Shown in pieces: positions 41,156-50,982 of a stretch of DNA of 64,000 nucleotides. Source of the stretch: an uncultured Chloroflexia bacterium (GTDB lineage: Bacteria; Chloroflexota; Limnocylindria; Limnocylindrales; CSP1-4); assembly GCA_963707215.1 (NCBI GenBank), contig CAVPPB010000003.1, positions 1,668,788-1,732,787 of the forward strand, written 5' to 3'. Position 1 is the stretch's first letter; every line of letters starts with the position of its first letter. The notes under the pieces are model-generated. The model did no database searches and was not told the origin of the DNA. It saw only the letters and a program-made list of their open reading frames with translations. The position numbers were made by a program, and so were the translations under genes.

Positions 41156-41463
41156 GCGACACGCTCGACGCCTACCTGGTCCTCTCGGGGATGCTCTTCG
41201 CCATCGGCACGTTCGGCTTCCTGGCTCGCCGGAACGCCATCAGCATGCTGATGTCGATCGAGCTGATGCTCAACGCGGTCAACCTGGCCATCGTCGCCTT
41301 CGGCGCGTTCGACCAGGACCTCAACCCCCACGCCTCGGTCATCGCCATCATGGTCATGGCCGTCGCGGCGGCCGAGGCGACCGTCGGCCTGGCGATCGTG
41401 ATGGCGATCTTCCGCAACCGGCGGACCCCTCTGGTCGACGAGTACGACGCGATGCGCCAATGA
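41152..41463 (+). CDS. nuoK: NADH-quinone oxidoreductase subunit K
   Basis: [30 protein letters not shown]. Confidence 0.92.
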   Translation: MSDTLDAYLVLSGMLFAIGTFGFLARRNAISMLMSIELMLNAVNLAIVAFGAFDQDLNPHASVIAIMVMAVAAAEATVGLAIVMAIFRNRRTPLVDEYDAMRQ

Positions 41464-41473
41464 GCCGCCGGCC

Positions 41474-43514
41474 ATGATGATCCCCGAGCCTTCGATCCTG
41501 GCCCCGTTCCTCGCTGCTGCCGAGGGCACCGGCGAGGCCGTCTCGGGCGGCATCCAGGACACGTTGATCGTCCTCATCCCGATCCTGCCGATGATCGGGC
41601 TTCCTGTTCACGGCCCTCATCGGACGGCGCCTGGGCAAGCAGGCCCACTGGATCCCCGTCGGCCTGGTCGTCGCGTCCTGGCCATCGCCATGGTGGTCGT
41701 CTTCGGCGCGCTCACGGGCCAGGAGCCGTACGGCGAGCACGGCCACGGGGTGACGCTGTGGCAGTGGATCACGGCCGGCGACCTGTCGGTCCCGGTCGGC
41801 TTCTTCGTCGACAACCTGACCGCCTGCCTGCTCATCGTGGTGACGACGATCGGCATGCTCGTCCACGTCTACAGCATCGGCTACATGGGCCACGACCCCG
41901 GGTACTGGCGCTTCTTCGCCTACCTGAACCTGTTCATGTTCTCGATGCTGCTGCTGGTCATGGCCGACAACTGGCTGGTCGTGTTCGTGGCCTGGGAGCT
42001 CGTCGGCCTCTCGAGCTACCTGCTGATCGGCTTCTGGTACCGCCGGCGGAGCGCCGCCCTGGCGGCCAAGAAGGCCTTCATCGTGAACCGGGTCGGCGAC
42101 GTCGGCTTCGCCCTCGGGATCATGGCTGATCTTCGTCAGCCTGGGCACGCTCGACATCCGCGAGACCCTCGAGCGGATCGGCGAGCTGCGAGCCGCTGAC
42201 GATCAGCCTGATCGCCCTGCGGCCTGTTCGCGGCGCCGTCGGCAAGAGCGCCCAGTTCCCGCTCCATGTCTGGCTGCCGGACGCCATGGAAGGCCCGACG
42301 CCGGTGTCCGCCCTCATCCATGCGGCGACGATGGTCAACGCCGGCGTCTACCTGGTCGCCCGGTCGAACCTGATCTTCGCCAACGCTCCCGAGGTCATGG
42401 TCGTGGTCGCCGCGATCGGCATCTTCACCGCCATCCTGGCGGCCTCGATCGCCTTCACCCAGACCGACATCAAGCGGGTACTGGCCTACTCCACGCTGTC
42501 GCAGCTCGGCTACATGTTCGCCTCGCTCGGAGTGGGCGCCTACGTCGCGGCCATCTTCCACCTCATGACCCACGGCTTCTTCAAGGGCCTGCTCTTCCTC
42601 GACTCTGGTTCGGTCATCCACGCCGTCCACGAGGAACAGGACATGCGCAAGATGGGCGGCCTCTCGACAGAAGATCCGCTGGACCTACGGGACCATGCTC
42701 ATCGGCTCGCTGGCGATCGCCGGCATCCCGCCCCTGGCCGGCTTCTTCAGCAAGGACGAGATCCTCGGCGAGGCCTTCAAGTTCGGCTTACTGTGGGTCT
42801 GGTTCATCGGCGTGATCGTCGCCCTGATGACCGCCTTCTACATGTTCCGGCTCATGGGCATGACCTTCTGGGGCGCTGGCGCGGCCCGAAAGCGATCTGG
42901 GACAAGATCCACGAGTCGCCGCCGACCATGGTCCTGCCGCTCGTGCTGCTGGCGATCGCCTCGGTCTTGCTCGGGATGCCCTTGGTCTGCCCTTCGGCGA
43001 CAGCACCATCGAGCACTGGCTCGAACCGGTGTTCCACGAAGCCGAGATCCTGCTCGGGCACGAGGCGGCCGAGTTCCAGCTCTTCGGGATCGACGGCGTG
43101 CTTGATCCTGATCAGCGTCGACGTCGCCGCGATCGGCATCGTGGCCGCCTGGTGGCTCTTCGGGATCCGCTGGCTGTGTCATCCACCGCGACCCGCAGCC
43201 CGATCGCGTCGCACTCCTCAGCCGACTCCAGCCCGGTGACCCGGTTCCTCTACCGGGCCTCCCTGAACAAGTGGTGGTTCGACGACCTCAATGACCTCCT
43301 GTTCATCCGCATCGGCGGTCGTGTCGCCGATGCGATGTGGTGGTTCGATCGCACGGTCGTCGACGGTGCGGTCAACGGCCTCGGCTACGTCGTGACCGAC
43401 GCCGGGCGCGGCCTGCGCCGGATCCAGACCGGCCGGGTCCAGAACTACGCCCTGGGCATCGCCCTCGGGCTGCTCGCCGTGGCGGCCTCGTACTTCGTGA
43501 TCGCGAGCCAGTGA
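41474..43514 (+). CDS. nuoL: NADH-quinone oxidoreductase subunit L (multiple apparent frameshifts)
   Basis: Fragments in several frames: [67 protein letters not shown]. Confidence 0.88.
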
Positions 43515-45067
43515 TGAACTTCGACCTGTCGGACTTCCCGATCCTGACGGCGATCGTCTTCCTGCCGCTCCTGGGCGCGGCAGTCATCGCACTCCTGCCC
43601 CGCGACTCCCTGCGGGCCATCCGCTGGGCGGCCCTCCTGACGGCGCTCCTGACCTGGGCGCTCTCCCTGCTGCTCCTCGCCGGCTACGCGCCCGGCGGCT
43701 CCGGCTTCGAGCACAAGGAGGTCTACGACTGGATCCCGGGCCTCGGCATCCAGTACAAGCTGGGCGTCGACGGGCTGTCGGTGGTCATGGTGGTCCTGAC
43801 CACCACCCTGACCTGGATCAGCATCCTGGCGAGCTTCGGCCCGATCACGACCCGGGTCAAGGAGTACATGGTCTCCTTCCTCGTCCTCGAGGTGGGGATG
43901 CTCGGCGTCTTCGTCGCCCTGGACCTGTTCCTCTTCTACATCTTCTGGGAGGTCGTCCTCGTCCCGATGTACCTGATCATCGGGATCTGGGGCGGCGCCA
44001 ACCGGATCTACGCGACGATCAAGTTCGTCCTCTACACCCTGGTCGGCTCGCTGCTGATGCTCGTCGCCATCCTGGCCACGGCCTTCACCTACCAGGCGGC
44101 CTCGGGGACGTGGCAGGGAGCCTTCGACTTCGAGGTCCTCCGCTCGTTCGCCGGCAGCGGCGGCTTCGACCCGACCTTCCAGCTGCTGGCCTTCGGCGCC
44201 TTCTTCCTGGCCTTCGCCATCAAGGTGCCGATGTTCCCGTTCCATACCTGGCTCCCCGACGCCCATGTCGAAGCGCCGACGGCCGGCTCGGTGATCCTGG
44301 CCGGGGTGCTGCTCAAGCTCGGCGGCTACGGTCTCATCCGCTTCTGCCTGCCGCTCTTCCCGGACGCTTCCCAGTCCTGGGCCCCGCTGATCATCGTCCT
44401 GTCGCTGATCGCCATCATCTACGGCGCGATCGTAGCCCTGGTCCAGCCGGACCTGAAGAAGCTGGTCGCCTACTCGTCGGTCAGCCACATGGGTTTCGTG
44501 ACCCTGGGGATCTTCGTCTTCCAGGACCAGGCGATGAACGGGGCCATCCTCCAGATGGTCAACCACGGCCTCATCACGGGAGCCCTCTTCCTGCTGGTCG
44601 GCGTCATCTACGAGCGAACCCACGACCGGACGATCGCCCGGATGGGCGGCCTCGCCGGGCGCGTCCCGGTCTTCGCGATGCTGCTTGGCTTCTTCGTCTT
44701 CGCCTCGGGGGGACTGCCCGGCCTGTCCGGATTCGTCGGTGAGTTCCTGACCCTCATCGGCACCTTCGACGTGCTCCCGCTGGCCGCGGTCATCGCGACG
44801 CTCGTGATGATCCTCGCCGCCGGTTACCTGCTCTTCATGTACCAGCGGGTCGTCTTCGGCGAGCCGTCCGACTTCATCAAGGGCCTGGGGAGCCATCTCA
44901 CCGACGTACGACCGGTCGAGGTCGCCACCCTGGTCCCGCTCATGGTCCTGGTCATCGCCTTCGGCCTGTACCCGGACCTTCTCCTCGACCTCGTCGCGGG
45001 CTCCGTGACGACCGTCCTCGGCGACGTGGCGGCGGGCGACGTCGTCAAGCTGGCCCTGTTCCGGTAG
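43514..45067 (+). CDS. nuoM: NADH-quinone oxidoreductase subunit M
   Basis: ATG 43514; FYIFWE, KVPMFPFHTWLPDAHVEAPT, AYSSVSHMG. Confidence 0.95.
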   Translation: MNFDLSDFPILTAIVFLPLLGAAVIALLPRDSLRAIRWAALLTALLTWALSLLLLAGYAPGGSGFEHKEVYDWIPGLGIQYKLGVDGLSVVMVVLTTTLTWISILASFGPITTRVKEYMVSFLVLEVGMLGVFVALDLFLFYIFWEVVLVPMYLIIGIWGGANRIYATIKFVLYTLVGSLLMLVAILATAFTYQAASGTWQGAFDFEVLRSFAGSGGFDPTFQLLAFGAFFLAFAIKVPMFPFHTWLPDAHVEAPTAGSVILAGVLLKLGGYGLIRFCLPLFPDASQSWAPLIIVLSLIAIIYGAIVALVQPDLKKLVAYSSVSHMGFVTLGIFVFQDQAMNGAILQMVNHGLITGALFLLVGVIYERTHDRTIARMGGLAGRVPVFAMLLGFFVFASGGLPGLSGFVGEFLTLIGTFDVLPLAAVIATLVMILAAGYLLFMYQRVVFGEPSDFIKGLGSHLTDVRPVEVATLVPLMVLVIAFGLYPDLLLDLVAGSVTTVLGDVAAGDVVKLALFR

Positions 45068-45088
45068 CGGAGGGCACCGAACGACATC

Positions 45089-46588
45089 ATGGCCTGGGAC
45101 GACCTGCAGACGATCGCTCCGCTCATCGCCGCGGTCCTGGCGGCGATCGCCGTGATCCTCGTCGACTTCGCGCTGCCCGGCCGGACTCGCCCGGCCGTCG
45201 CTGTCGCCCTGGTCGGGCTCGCCGGGGTGCTGGCGCTGGTCCTGCTCGTCGGCCTTCGGATCGGCGATGGGACGGTCGAGCTGGCCGCGCCGGTGGAGGC
45301 GTTCGGCGGCGTCTACACGGTCGATGCCCTGACGACCTTCCTCGACGTCCTCTTCGTCCTCGTCGTGGGGCTGACGATCCTCGTCGCGCCGGATTACCTC
45401 GGGCCCCGCGACCTTCCGTTCGCCGAGTTCGCGGCGATCCTCCTCTTCGCGATGAGCGGGGCGATGCTCATCGCCGCGTCGACGGACCTCCTGCTGCTCT
45501 TCCTGGGCCTCGAGCTCATGGTCATCCCCGGCTACCTGCTGGCGGGCTTCGCCAAGCGCGACGCCCTGTCGACCGAGGGGGCGATCAAGTACTTCCTGCT
45601 GGGAAGCTTCAGCTCGGCGATCCTGCTCTTCGGGTTGGCCTTCGTCTTCGGGACCACCGGCTCCACCCGGGTCGACGCGATCGCGGCGGAGCTGGCCGAC
45701 ATCGTCGCCTCGGGATCGATCTCGGCCGGGCTGGTCATGGGCCTGGCCCTGGTCACGGCCGGGGTGGGCTTCAAGATCGCCGCGGTCCCGTTCCACTACT
45801 GGACCCCCGACGCCTACCAGGGCTCGCCGACGCCGGTCACCGGCTACCTCTCGGTCGGGCCGAAGATCGGTGCCTTCGCCCTGATCCTGCGCCTCTTCGT
45901 GGAGGCCCTGGGGCCCCTGGCCGACGAGTGGGTCGTCATGGTCGCCGTGCTGGCGGCGGTGACGATGACCCTCGGGAACCTGGTGGCGCTGAGCCAGGAC
46001 AACGTCAAGCGGATGCTGGCCTACTCGTCGATCGCCCACACCGGCTACATGCTCGTCGGCCTCGCCGCGTACGCGGCCGGCGAGATCCAGGGACTCCAGG
46101 GACTGATCTACTACGGCGCGGCCTACGCCTTCATGAATCTCGGCGCGTTCGCGGTGGTGGCGGCTCTCCAGAAGCGCCAGGGCATCCTCTCGAACCTCGA
46201 GACGTTCGCCGGGCTCGGACGGCGGGAGCCGCTGCTGGCAGTGCTGATGACCCTCTTCCTGCTGTCGCTGACCGGGATCCCGCCGACGGCCGGCTTCTTC
46301 GCCAAGGCGCTGGTCATCCTGAGCGCCGTCGAAGCGGGCGGACCGATGACCATCCTGGCCGTGATCGCGGTCCTCAACGCCGCGGCCGCCGCCTTCTACT
46401 ACCTCCGCGTCGTCGTCTACATGTTCATGCGCGAGCCAGCGACCGAGGTGCCCTCGTTCCGCCACGGCCAGCTGCTCCGGGCCGGGCTGGTCGTCGCCCT
46501 GGTCGGGACGATCCTGCTGGGCGTGCTCCCGAACTGGCCGATCCCGATCCTCGATGCCGCGATGGCCGCCGCCGAGGCGATCGGCTAG
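45089..46588 (+). CDS. nuoN: NADH-quinone oxidoreductase subunit N
   Basis: EGAIKYFLLG, FKIAAVPFHYWTPDAYQG, KRMLAYSSIAH. Confidence 0.95.
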   Translation: MAWDDLQTIAPLIAAVLAAIAVILVDFALPGRTRPAVAVALVGLAGVLALVLLVGLRIGDGTVELAAPVEAFGGVYTVDALTTFLDVLFVLVVGLTILVAPDYLGPRDLPFAEFAAILLFAMSGAMLIAASTDLLLLFLGLELMVIPGYLLAGFAKRDALSTEGAIKYFLLGSFSSAILLFGLAFVFGTTGSTRVDAIAAELADIVASGSISAGLVMGLALVTAGVGFKIAAVPFHYWTPDAYQGSPTPVTGYLSVGPKIGAFALILRLFVEALGPLADEWVVMVAVLAAVTMTLGNLVALSQDNVKRMLAYSSIAHTGYMLVGLAAYAAGEIQGLQGLIYYGAAYAFMNLGAFAVVAALQKRQGILSNLETFAGLGRREPLLAVLMTLFLLSLTGIPPTAGFFAKALVILSAVEAGGPMTILAVIAVLNAAAAAFYYLRVVVYMFMREPATEVPSFRHGQLLRAGLVVALVGTILLGVLPNWPIPILDAAMAAAEAIG

Positions 46589-46592
46589 GCCG

Positions 46593-48230
46593 TCACTCCG
46601 GGACCGGCGTCTCGAACCGCCGGACCTCGTCGCGCAGGCGCCGCGACGGCGGCACCGCGCCGCGCCGGATCGCCGCCAGATCCCGGAGCTGCCGGTCGAG
46701 CCACCAGCGGATGTCCTCGGCGCGCACCGACGTGCGAAGCCGTCGGATGCGGGCCCGCCGCTCGTCCCGGGACATCCGCAGCGCCGCCTCGATCTGGTCG
46801 GCCGTCCCGCTGACGTCGGCCGGGGCGACGATCAGGCAGTCGTCGGCCAGCTGCTCGGCGGCCCCGGCCGTTTCCGAGAGGACCAGGACAGGATCGCGCT
46901 CCCCGACGAGGACGGCCTCCTTGGCGACGAGGTTCATGCCGTCGACGAGCGGGTTGACGACGACGACGTCGGCGAGCCGGAGGGCGGCGATCGCCATCGC
47001 GTAGTCCGAGCCGTCCGAGATCCAGATGGGGGCGTCATCAGGATCGGCGAGGCCATTCACGCGGGCGACCACCTCGCGGACCGCCCCCGCGTAGTCGGCG
47101 TACTCGCGGATCGACGTCCTGGTCGGGGCCTGGACGGCCAGGAACCGGGTCGAGTCGCGCAAGCTCGGTCGCCGCTCGAGCAGCTCCTCGTAGGCCAGGA
47201 ATCCCCGCAGGGCGTTCTTGGAGGGCTCGATGCGGTCCGCCCTGACGATCAGCTGCGGGTCGCCGGCCCGGGCGAGGCGGTCGCGGAGCCGATCCACCCG
47301 GTCGGTCACCTCGGCAGAGCGGCCGAAGGCGGTCACCCCGTCGGGATCGAGCGAGATCGGGTAGGAGCGGACCCGGATCCTCCGCTCGCGCCAGCGGATG
47401 GATCGTCCGTCCGGGTCGACCCGGGCATCGCGAACGAAGCTGGCGACCGTGTCGAGGAAGGCGCTGGCATAGCGGTCGGTCTGGAGCCCCACGATGTCGC
47501 AGGCCAGGAGCCCCTCGCAGATGGCCCGCCGGAGTCCCTGGGGGAGGATCTGCCACTGGGTCGCCGGTGGCCATGGCACGTGGGTGAAGTGGAGGATCGT
47601 GGCGTCAGGTCGCCGCTCACGGATCCGCGAGGCGGCCAGGTACAGGTGGTAGTCCTGGAGCAGGAAGACCGGTCGCTTGACCCCCTCGGCAGCCCGGACG
47701 GCGGCGTCGGCGACGGCCAGGTTGGCCGGCCGGTAGCCCGTCCGCCAGGCCTGGACGAGCGCACCGTCGACCACCGGGCCGTAGGGCAGGGCGTACATCT
47801 GGTGCTGGATGAACCAGAGGAACGGGTTCGAGATCACCTCGTAGTGGGGGATGTAGACATCCTCGGGGAGCGTGACGTAGGAGAGCCGGAGGTCCTGGCC
47901 GGGTGCCAGCTCGTCCACGAGTTCGCGGACCCGCCGGGCAAGGGGACGGTCGCGCGACCCGATGTTGGCGATCGGCCGCTCCATCCGCCCGAGCTCGCGA
48001 GCGGCCTCCCGGTCGCCGCGGGTGAGGCCCACTGCGACCCAGGTCACCGGGGCGTGCCGCCCCAGGTCGCCGAGGGCGGTCACCAGGCCACCGGACCCAC
48101 GGGAGGCCTCGAGGCCGGCGGGGGCCTCGGGGGCAAGGGTGAAGGTCAGCGGACCGCGGTTGGAGACGACGAAGAGGCGACCGTCCGATCCCAGGAGCTC
48201 GGCCAGCAGCCCGGAACGCGAGTCGGGCAT
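46593..48230 (-). CDS. otsA: Trehalose-6-phosphate synthase (GT20)
   Basis: VVSNRGP, GGLVTAL, QDYHL, HFTHVPWP, DRIEPSKN, DGMNLVAKE; ATG 48230 is 6 nt after TGcCAGAAT. Confidence 0.88.
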   Translation of the reverse strand: MPDSRSGLLAELLGSDGRLFVVSNRGPLTFTLAPEAPAGLEASRGSGGLVTALGDLGRHAPVTWVAVGLTRGDREAARELGRMERPIANIGSRDRPLARRVRELVDELAPGQDLRLSYVTLPEDVYIPHYEVISNPFLWFIQHQMYALPYGPVVDGALVQAWRTGYRPANLAVADAAVRAAEGVKRPVFLLQDYHLYLAASRIRERRPDATILHFTHVPWPPATQWQILPQGLRRAICEGLLACDIVGLQTDRYASAFLDTVASFVRDARVDPDGRSIRWRERRIRVRSYPISLDPDGVTAFGRSAEVTDRVDRLRDRLARAGDPQLIVRADRIEPSKNALRGFLAYEELLERRPSLRDSTRFLAVQAPTRTSIREYADYAGAVREVVARVNGLADPDDAPIWISDGSDYAMAIAALRLADVVVVNPLVDGMNLVAKEAVLVGERDPVLVLSETAGAAEQLADDCLIVAPADVSGTADQIEAALRMSRDERRARIRRLRTSVRAEDIRWWLDRQLRDLAAIRRGAVPPSRRLRDEVRRFETPVPE

Positions 48231-48294
48231 GGGCCCATTCTGGCAGTTGATGCCTTGGTGCGGTCGGATGTGTTCCCGGCCGGCTGCTGCGAGC

Positions 48295-48933
48295 TCAGCG
48301 AAGGGCGCCCGTCGGAGGCAGGATCGAGGCCAGGCCGGCCTCCATGACGTCCGGGCCGATCGACCCCAGGGCGCCATCCCGGATGATCCCGCTGGCGTCG
48401 ATCCAGTAGTGGACCGGGAGGGCAAGCGCTCCCCACTCGGCCTGGACGGCGCCGTCGCCGTCGAGCCCGACCGGGAAGGTCACCCCGACCTCGTCCATGA
48501 AGGCCTGCACCGCGCCGGCATCCTCCCGCACGTCGACGGCGATGACCACGAGCCCGTCGTCCTCGTGCTCGGCCGCGTACGCGCTCATCAGCGGTAGCTC
48601 GTCGCGACATGGCGGGCACCAGGTCGCCATGAAGTTCACCCAGACCGGCGAGCCACGCAGCTCGGCGAGGTCGATCGTGGCGCCACCGAGCGCCGGCACC
48701 ACCAGCGCCGGCGCCTCCTCGCCGATCATGAAGCCTGTGTCGACGCTCGGCGATGGGGAGGAGACCGGGCTCGGCGTCGCGGCCGGCTCGGAGGCGACTG
48801 CCGACGGCGAGGGGGATGGGCTCGGGCTCGATGGCGTCGGGTCCGGGAGGAACGCGAAGACCGCCGCGAAGACGGCGGCGGCGGCGAGGACGCCAGCGAC
48901 CAGGCCGAGGACCGGCACGAGACGGGGGCTCAT
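48295..48933 (-). CDS. TlpA/ResA-family thiol:disulfide oxidoreductase, membrane anchored
   Basis: NFMATWCPPCRDE; N-terminal TM and Ser/Pro linker. Confidence 0.9.
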   Translation of the reverse strand: MSPRLVPVLGLVAGVLAAAAVFAAVFAFLPDPTPSSPSPSPSPSAVASEPAATPSPVSSPSPSVDTGFMIGEEAPALVVPALGGATIDLAELRGSPVWVNFMATWCPPCRDELPLMSAYAAEHEDDGLVVIAVDVREDAGAVQAFMDEVGVTFPVGLDGDGAVQAEWGALALPVHYWIDASGIIRDGALGSIGPDVMEAGLASILPPTGALR

Positions 48934-49113
48934 CGCGCGCAGGGTAGCAGCAGCGGGCGAGGTCGGCGGTGGACCCGACCGACGAGGCCCGATGCGTCAC
49001 GCTAGAGCCCGCACGTCCGTCACGACCAGGCCGACCGCCCGGACGTCCCGGGCGACCCGGTACGAAGCGGTCCGAGGCCGCCCGACGGTGCCCCTGCTAG
49101 GATGCCCGCGCCG

Positions 49114-49815
49114 ATGTCCGCCCTGCTCTTCATCCGCGATCGTCTGGTCCCCGCCTTGTTGGCGGCGATCGGCTTCGCGCTGCTGGGCGCCGGGCTGCTG
49201 AGCTACACGGCTCCTGCGGACGCCGGCGATCCCGCGGCGTCACCGGTGCCGACCTCCGCGAGCCTTCCATCGCCGACGCCGGCGCTCTCGCCGGAGCCGT
49301 CGAGCTCGACCGAGCCGTCCGTGTCGCCGTCGGCGACTCCGTCCGCGGAGCGGGCGCTGGCAACCCGGGTCGTGATCCCCGCGCTGCGCATCGACATGCC
49401 GGTCATGCCTGGGCCGGACACGTATCCGCCCTGCAACGTCGCGATGTTCATCCGCGAGCTCGGTCAGCCGGGCGAGCCCCGGGCGACCTACATCTACGCG
49501 CATGCCCGCACGGGCATGTTCCTCCCGCTGCTGACGGAGTCCCGCCGGAGCGGCGGGGCCAGGATGCTCGGCATGCTCGTCCAGGTGTACTCGAGCGACG
49601 ACCGGCTCCACCTCTACGAGATCACCGAGGTGCGACCGACCCAGACCACTCTCGACGACGCCATCCAGGCGACGAGCGAGGAGCTCTGGTTGCAGACGTC
49701 GGAGGGACCCCGGGGGACCGTCGGCAAGCTCCAGGTCGTGGCCATGCCCCTCTCGGTGGGCCCGGCTGACCCCGCCGAGGCGCACCCGGTACCCAAGCCC
49801 GTCGCCTGCGGCTGA
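49114..49815 (+). CDS. Sortase-fold protein with Cys->Ser at the catalytic position
   Basis: N-terminal TM, S/P/T linker, RVVIPALRIDMPV, PGE..ATYIYAHA, LWLQTS (cf. TLxTC), KLQVVA. Confidence 0.7.
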   Translation: MSALLFIRDRLVPALLAAIGFALLGAGLLSYTAPADAGDPAASPVPTSASLPSPTPALSPEPSSSTEPSVSPSATPSAERALATRVVIPALRIDMPVMPGPDTYPPCNVAMFIRELGQPGEPRATYIYAHARTGMFLPLLTESRRSGGARMLGMLVQVYSSDDRLHLYEITEVRPTQTTLDDAIQATSEELWLQTSEGPRGTVGKLQVVAMPLSVGPADPAEAHPVPKPVACG

Positions 49816-49876
49816 TCCCGGCCATGCGTCCGGTGACGCCCCGCCACCGGAACCGGGCGGGGCGCATCGGCGACGC

Positions 49877-49938
49877 TTGACACCGCCTCGCGACGCCGCG
49901 TAGCATCAACGTCGCTTTATATGAACCATCGTTGATGC
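49877..49938 (+). promoter_or_regulatory. Promoter and tandem ArsR-type operators
   Basis: TTGACA-18 nt-TAGCAT, followed by ATCAA-N6-TTTAT (49905-49920) and ATGAA-N6-TTGAT (49921-49936). Confidence 0.7.
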
Positions 49939-49967
49939 GATGGCTCCCCGGAACCAGAGAGACCGCC

Positions 49968-50303
49968 TTGTCCCCGACCCCCGCCCGTATCCGCTCGACG
50001 ATCGCGGCGATCGTCGACCAGCCCGAGGAGCTCCGCCGCCTGCGGGCCTTCCACAAGGCGCTGGCCGACGTGAACCGGCTGCGCATCGTCCGCTGTCTCG
50101 CGGAGGGCCCGAGCACCGTGAGCGAGCTCATCGACCAGGTCGGCCTCTCGCAGCCGCTGGTCTCGCACCACCTCCGCCGCCTCCGGGACGCCCGGCTGGT
50201 GGAGACCGAGCGGGTCGGGCGCGAGACCGTGTACACCCTCCGCGCGGAGGCATTCGGCGAGGTCGCCGCGCAGGAGCGCGCGGTCCTCGGCATCGCCAGC
50301 TGA
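49968..50303 (+). CDS. ArsR/SmtB family transcriptional regulator
   Basis: KALADVNRLRIV, LSQPLVSHHLRRLRDARLV; start uncertain (49932-49968). Confidence 0.88.
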   Translation: MSPTPARIRSTIAAIVDQPEELRRLRAFHKALADVNRLRIVRCLAEGPSTVSELIDQVGLSQPLVSHHLRRLRDARLVETERVGRETVYTLRAEAFGEVAAQERAVLGIAS

Positions 50304-50308
50304 CGGCC

Positions 50309-50971
50309 ATGGCCATCTCCAACGACACGCGCACTCGGATCAAGGGGGTCTTCGAGCCCCTGGCCCTGGCCATGGGCCGGCTCGGCCTGACACCGGACGC
50401 CCTCACCCTCATCGGCTTCGGCATCACCATCGTCGGGGCCGTCCTCGCCGGCGCCGAGCTCTGGCTGGTCGCGGGCGTGGTCGTCTTCGTCGGCGGGGCC
50501 TTCGACATGTTCGACGGCACGCTCGCGCGGGCGACCGGGCAGGTCAGCCCGCTGGGCGCCTTCATGGACTCGGTCTTCGACCGATGGGGTGAGGCGATCG
50601 TCTACCTCGGGATCGTCATCGGCCTGGAACGGGCCGGGTTTGGGCTCGGCGTCTACCTGGCCGCGGCTGCCATGGGGGCGGCCTTCCTCGTCAGCTACGC
50701 CCGGGCCAAGTCCGAGGGACTCGGCTTCAGCGCCGGCACCGGCATGGCCGAGGTCGGGCTGATGCCGCGCGAGCTCCGCCTCGTGGTGCTGTCGGCCGGC
50801 ATCGTCGTCGCCGGCATCCTCGGCGTCGGGCCGGAGGCGACCGGCGGATCCCTCGTCCTGGCGCTCGCCCTCGGGATCATCGCGGTCCTGGCGACGGTGA
50901 CCGTCATCCAGCGCGTCCTGCACACCCGCCGCACGGCGGCCGAGCATCCGACGACCAAAGCAACAAGGTAG
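50309..50971 (+). CDS. pgsA: CDP-alcohol phosphatidyltransferase, probable phosphatidylinositol(-phosphate) synthase
   Basis: [40 protein letters not shown]; adjacent to ino1. Confidence 0.85.
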   Translation: MAISNDTRTRIKGVFEPLALAMGRLGLTPDALTLIGFGITIVGAVLAGAELWLVAGVVVFVGGAFDMFDGTLARATGQVSPLGAFMDSVFDRWGEAIVYLGIVIGLERAGFGLGVYLAAAAMGAAFLVSYARAKSEGLGFSAGTGMAEVGLMPRELRLVVLSAGIVVAGILGVGPEATGGSLVLALALGIIAVLATVTVIQRVLHTRRTAAEHPTTKATR

Positions 50972-50982
50972 GACCACGTTCG

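Noticed and set aside
41080-41463. NuoJ-NuoK fusion
   Set aside because: It lies in an indel-rich block, and a GTGA overlap at 41152-41155 indicates separate genes.
41474-43514. Programmed frameshifting in nuoL
   Set aside because: Too many shifts and no slippery sites; sequencing error is the simpler explanation.
43445-46465. Long antisense or alternate-frame ORFs (e.g. 564-2588, 20993-23704, 33142-35985, 43445-46465)
   Set aside because: Shadow ORFs of GC-rich genes: no motifs, and they overlap well-supported CDSs.
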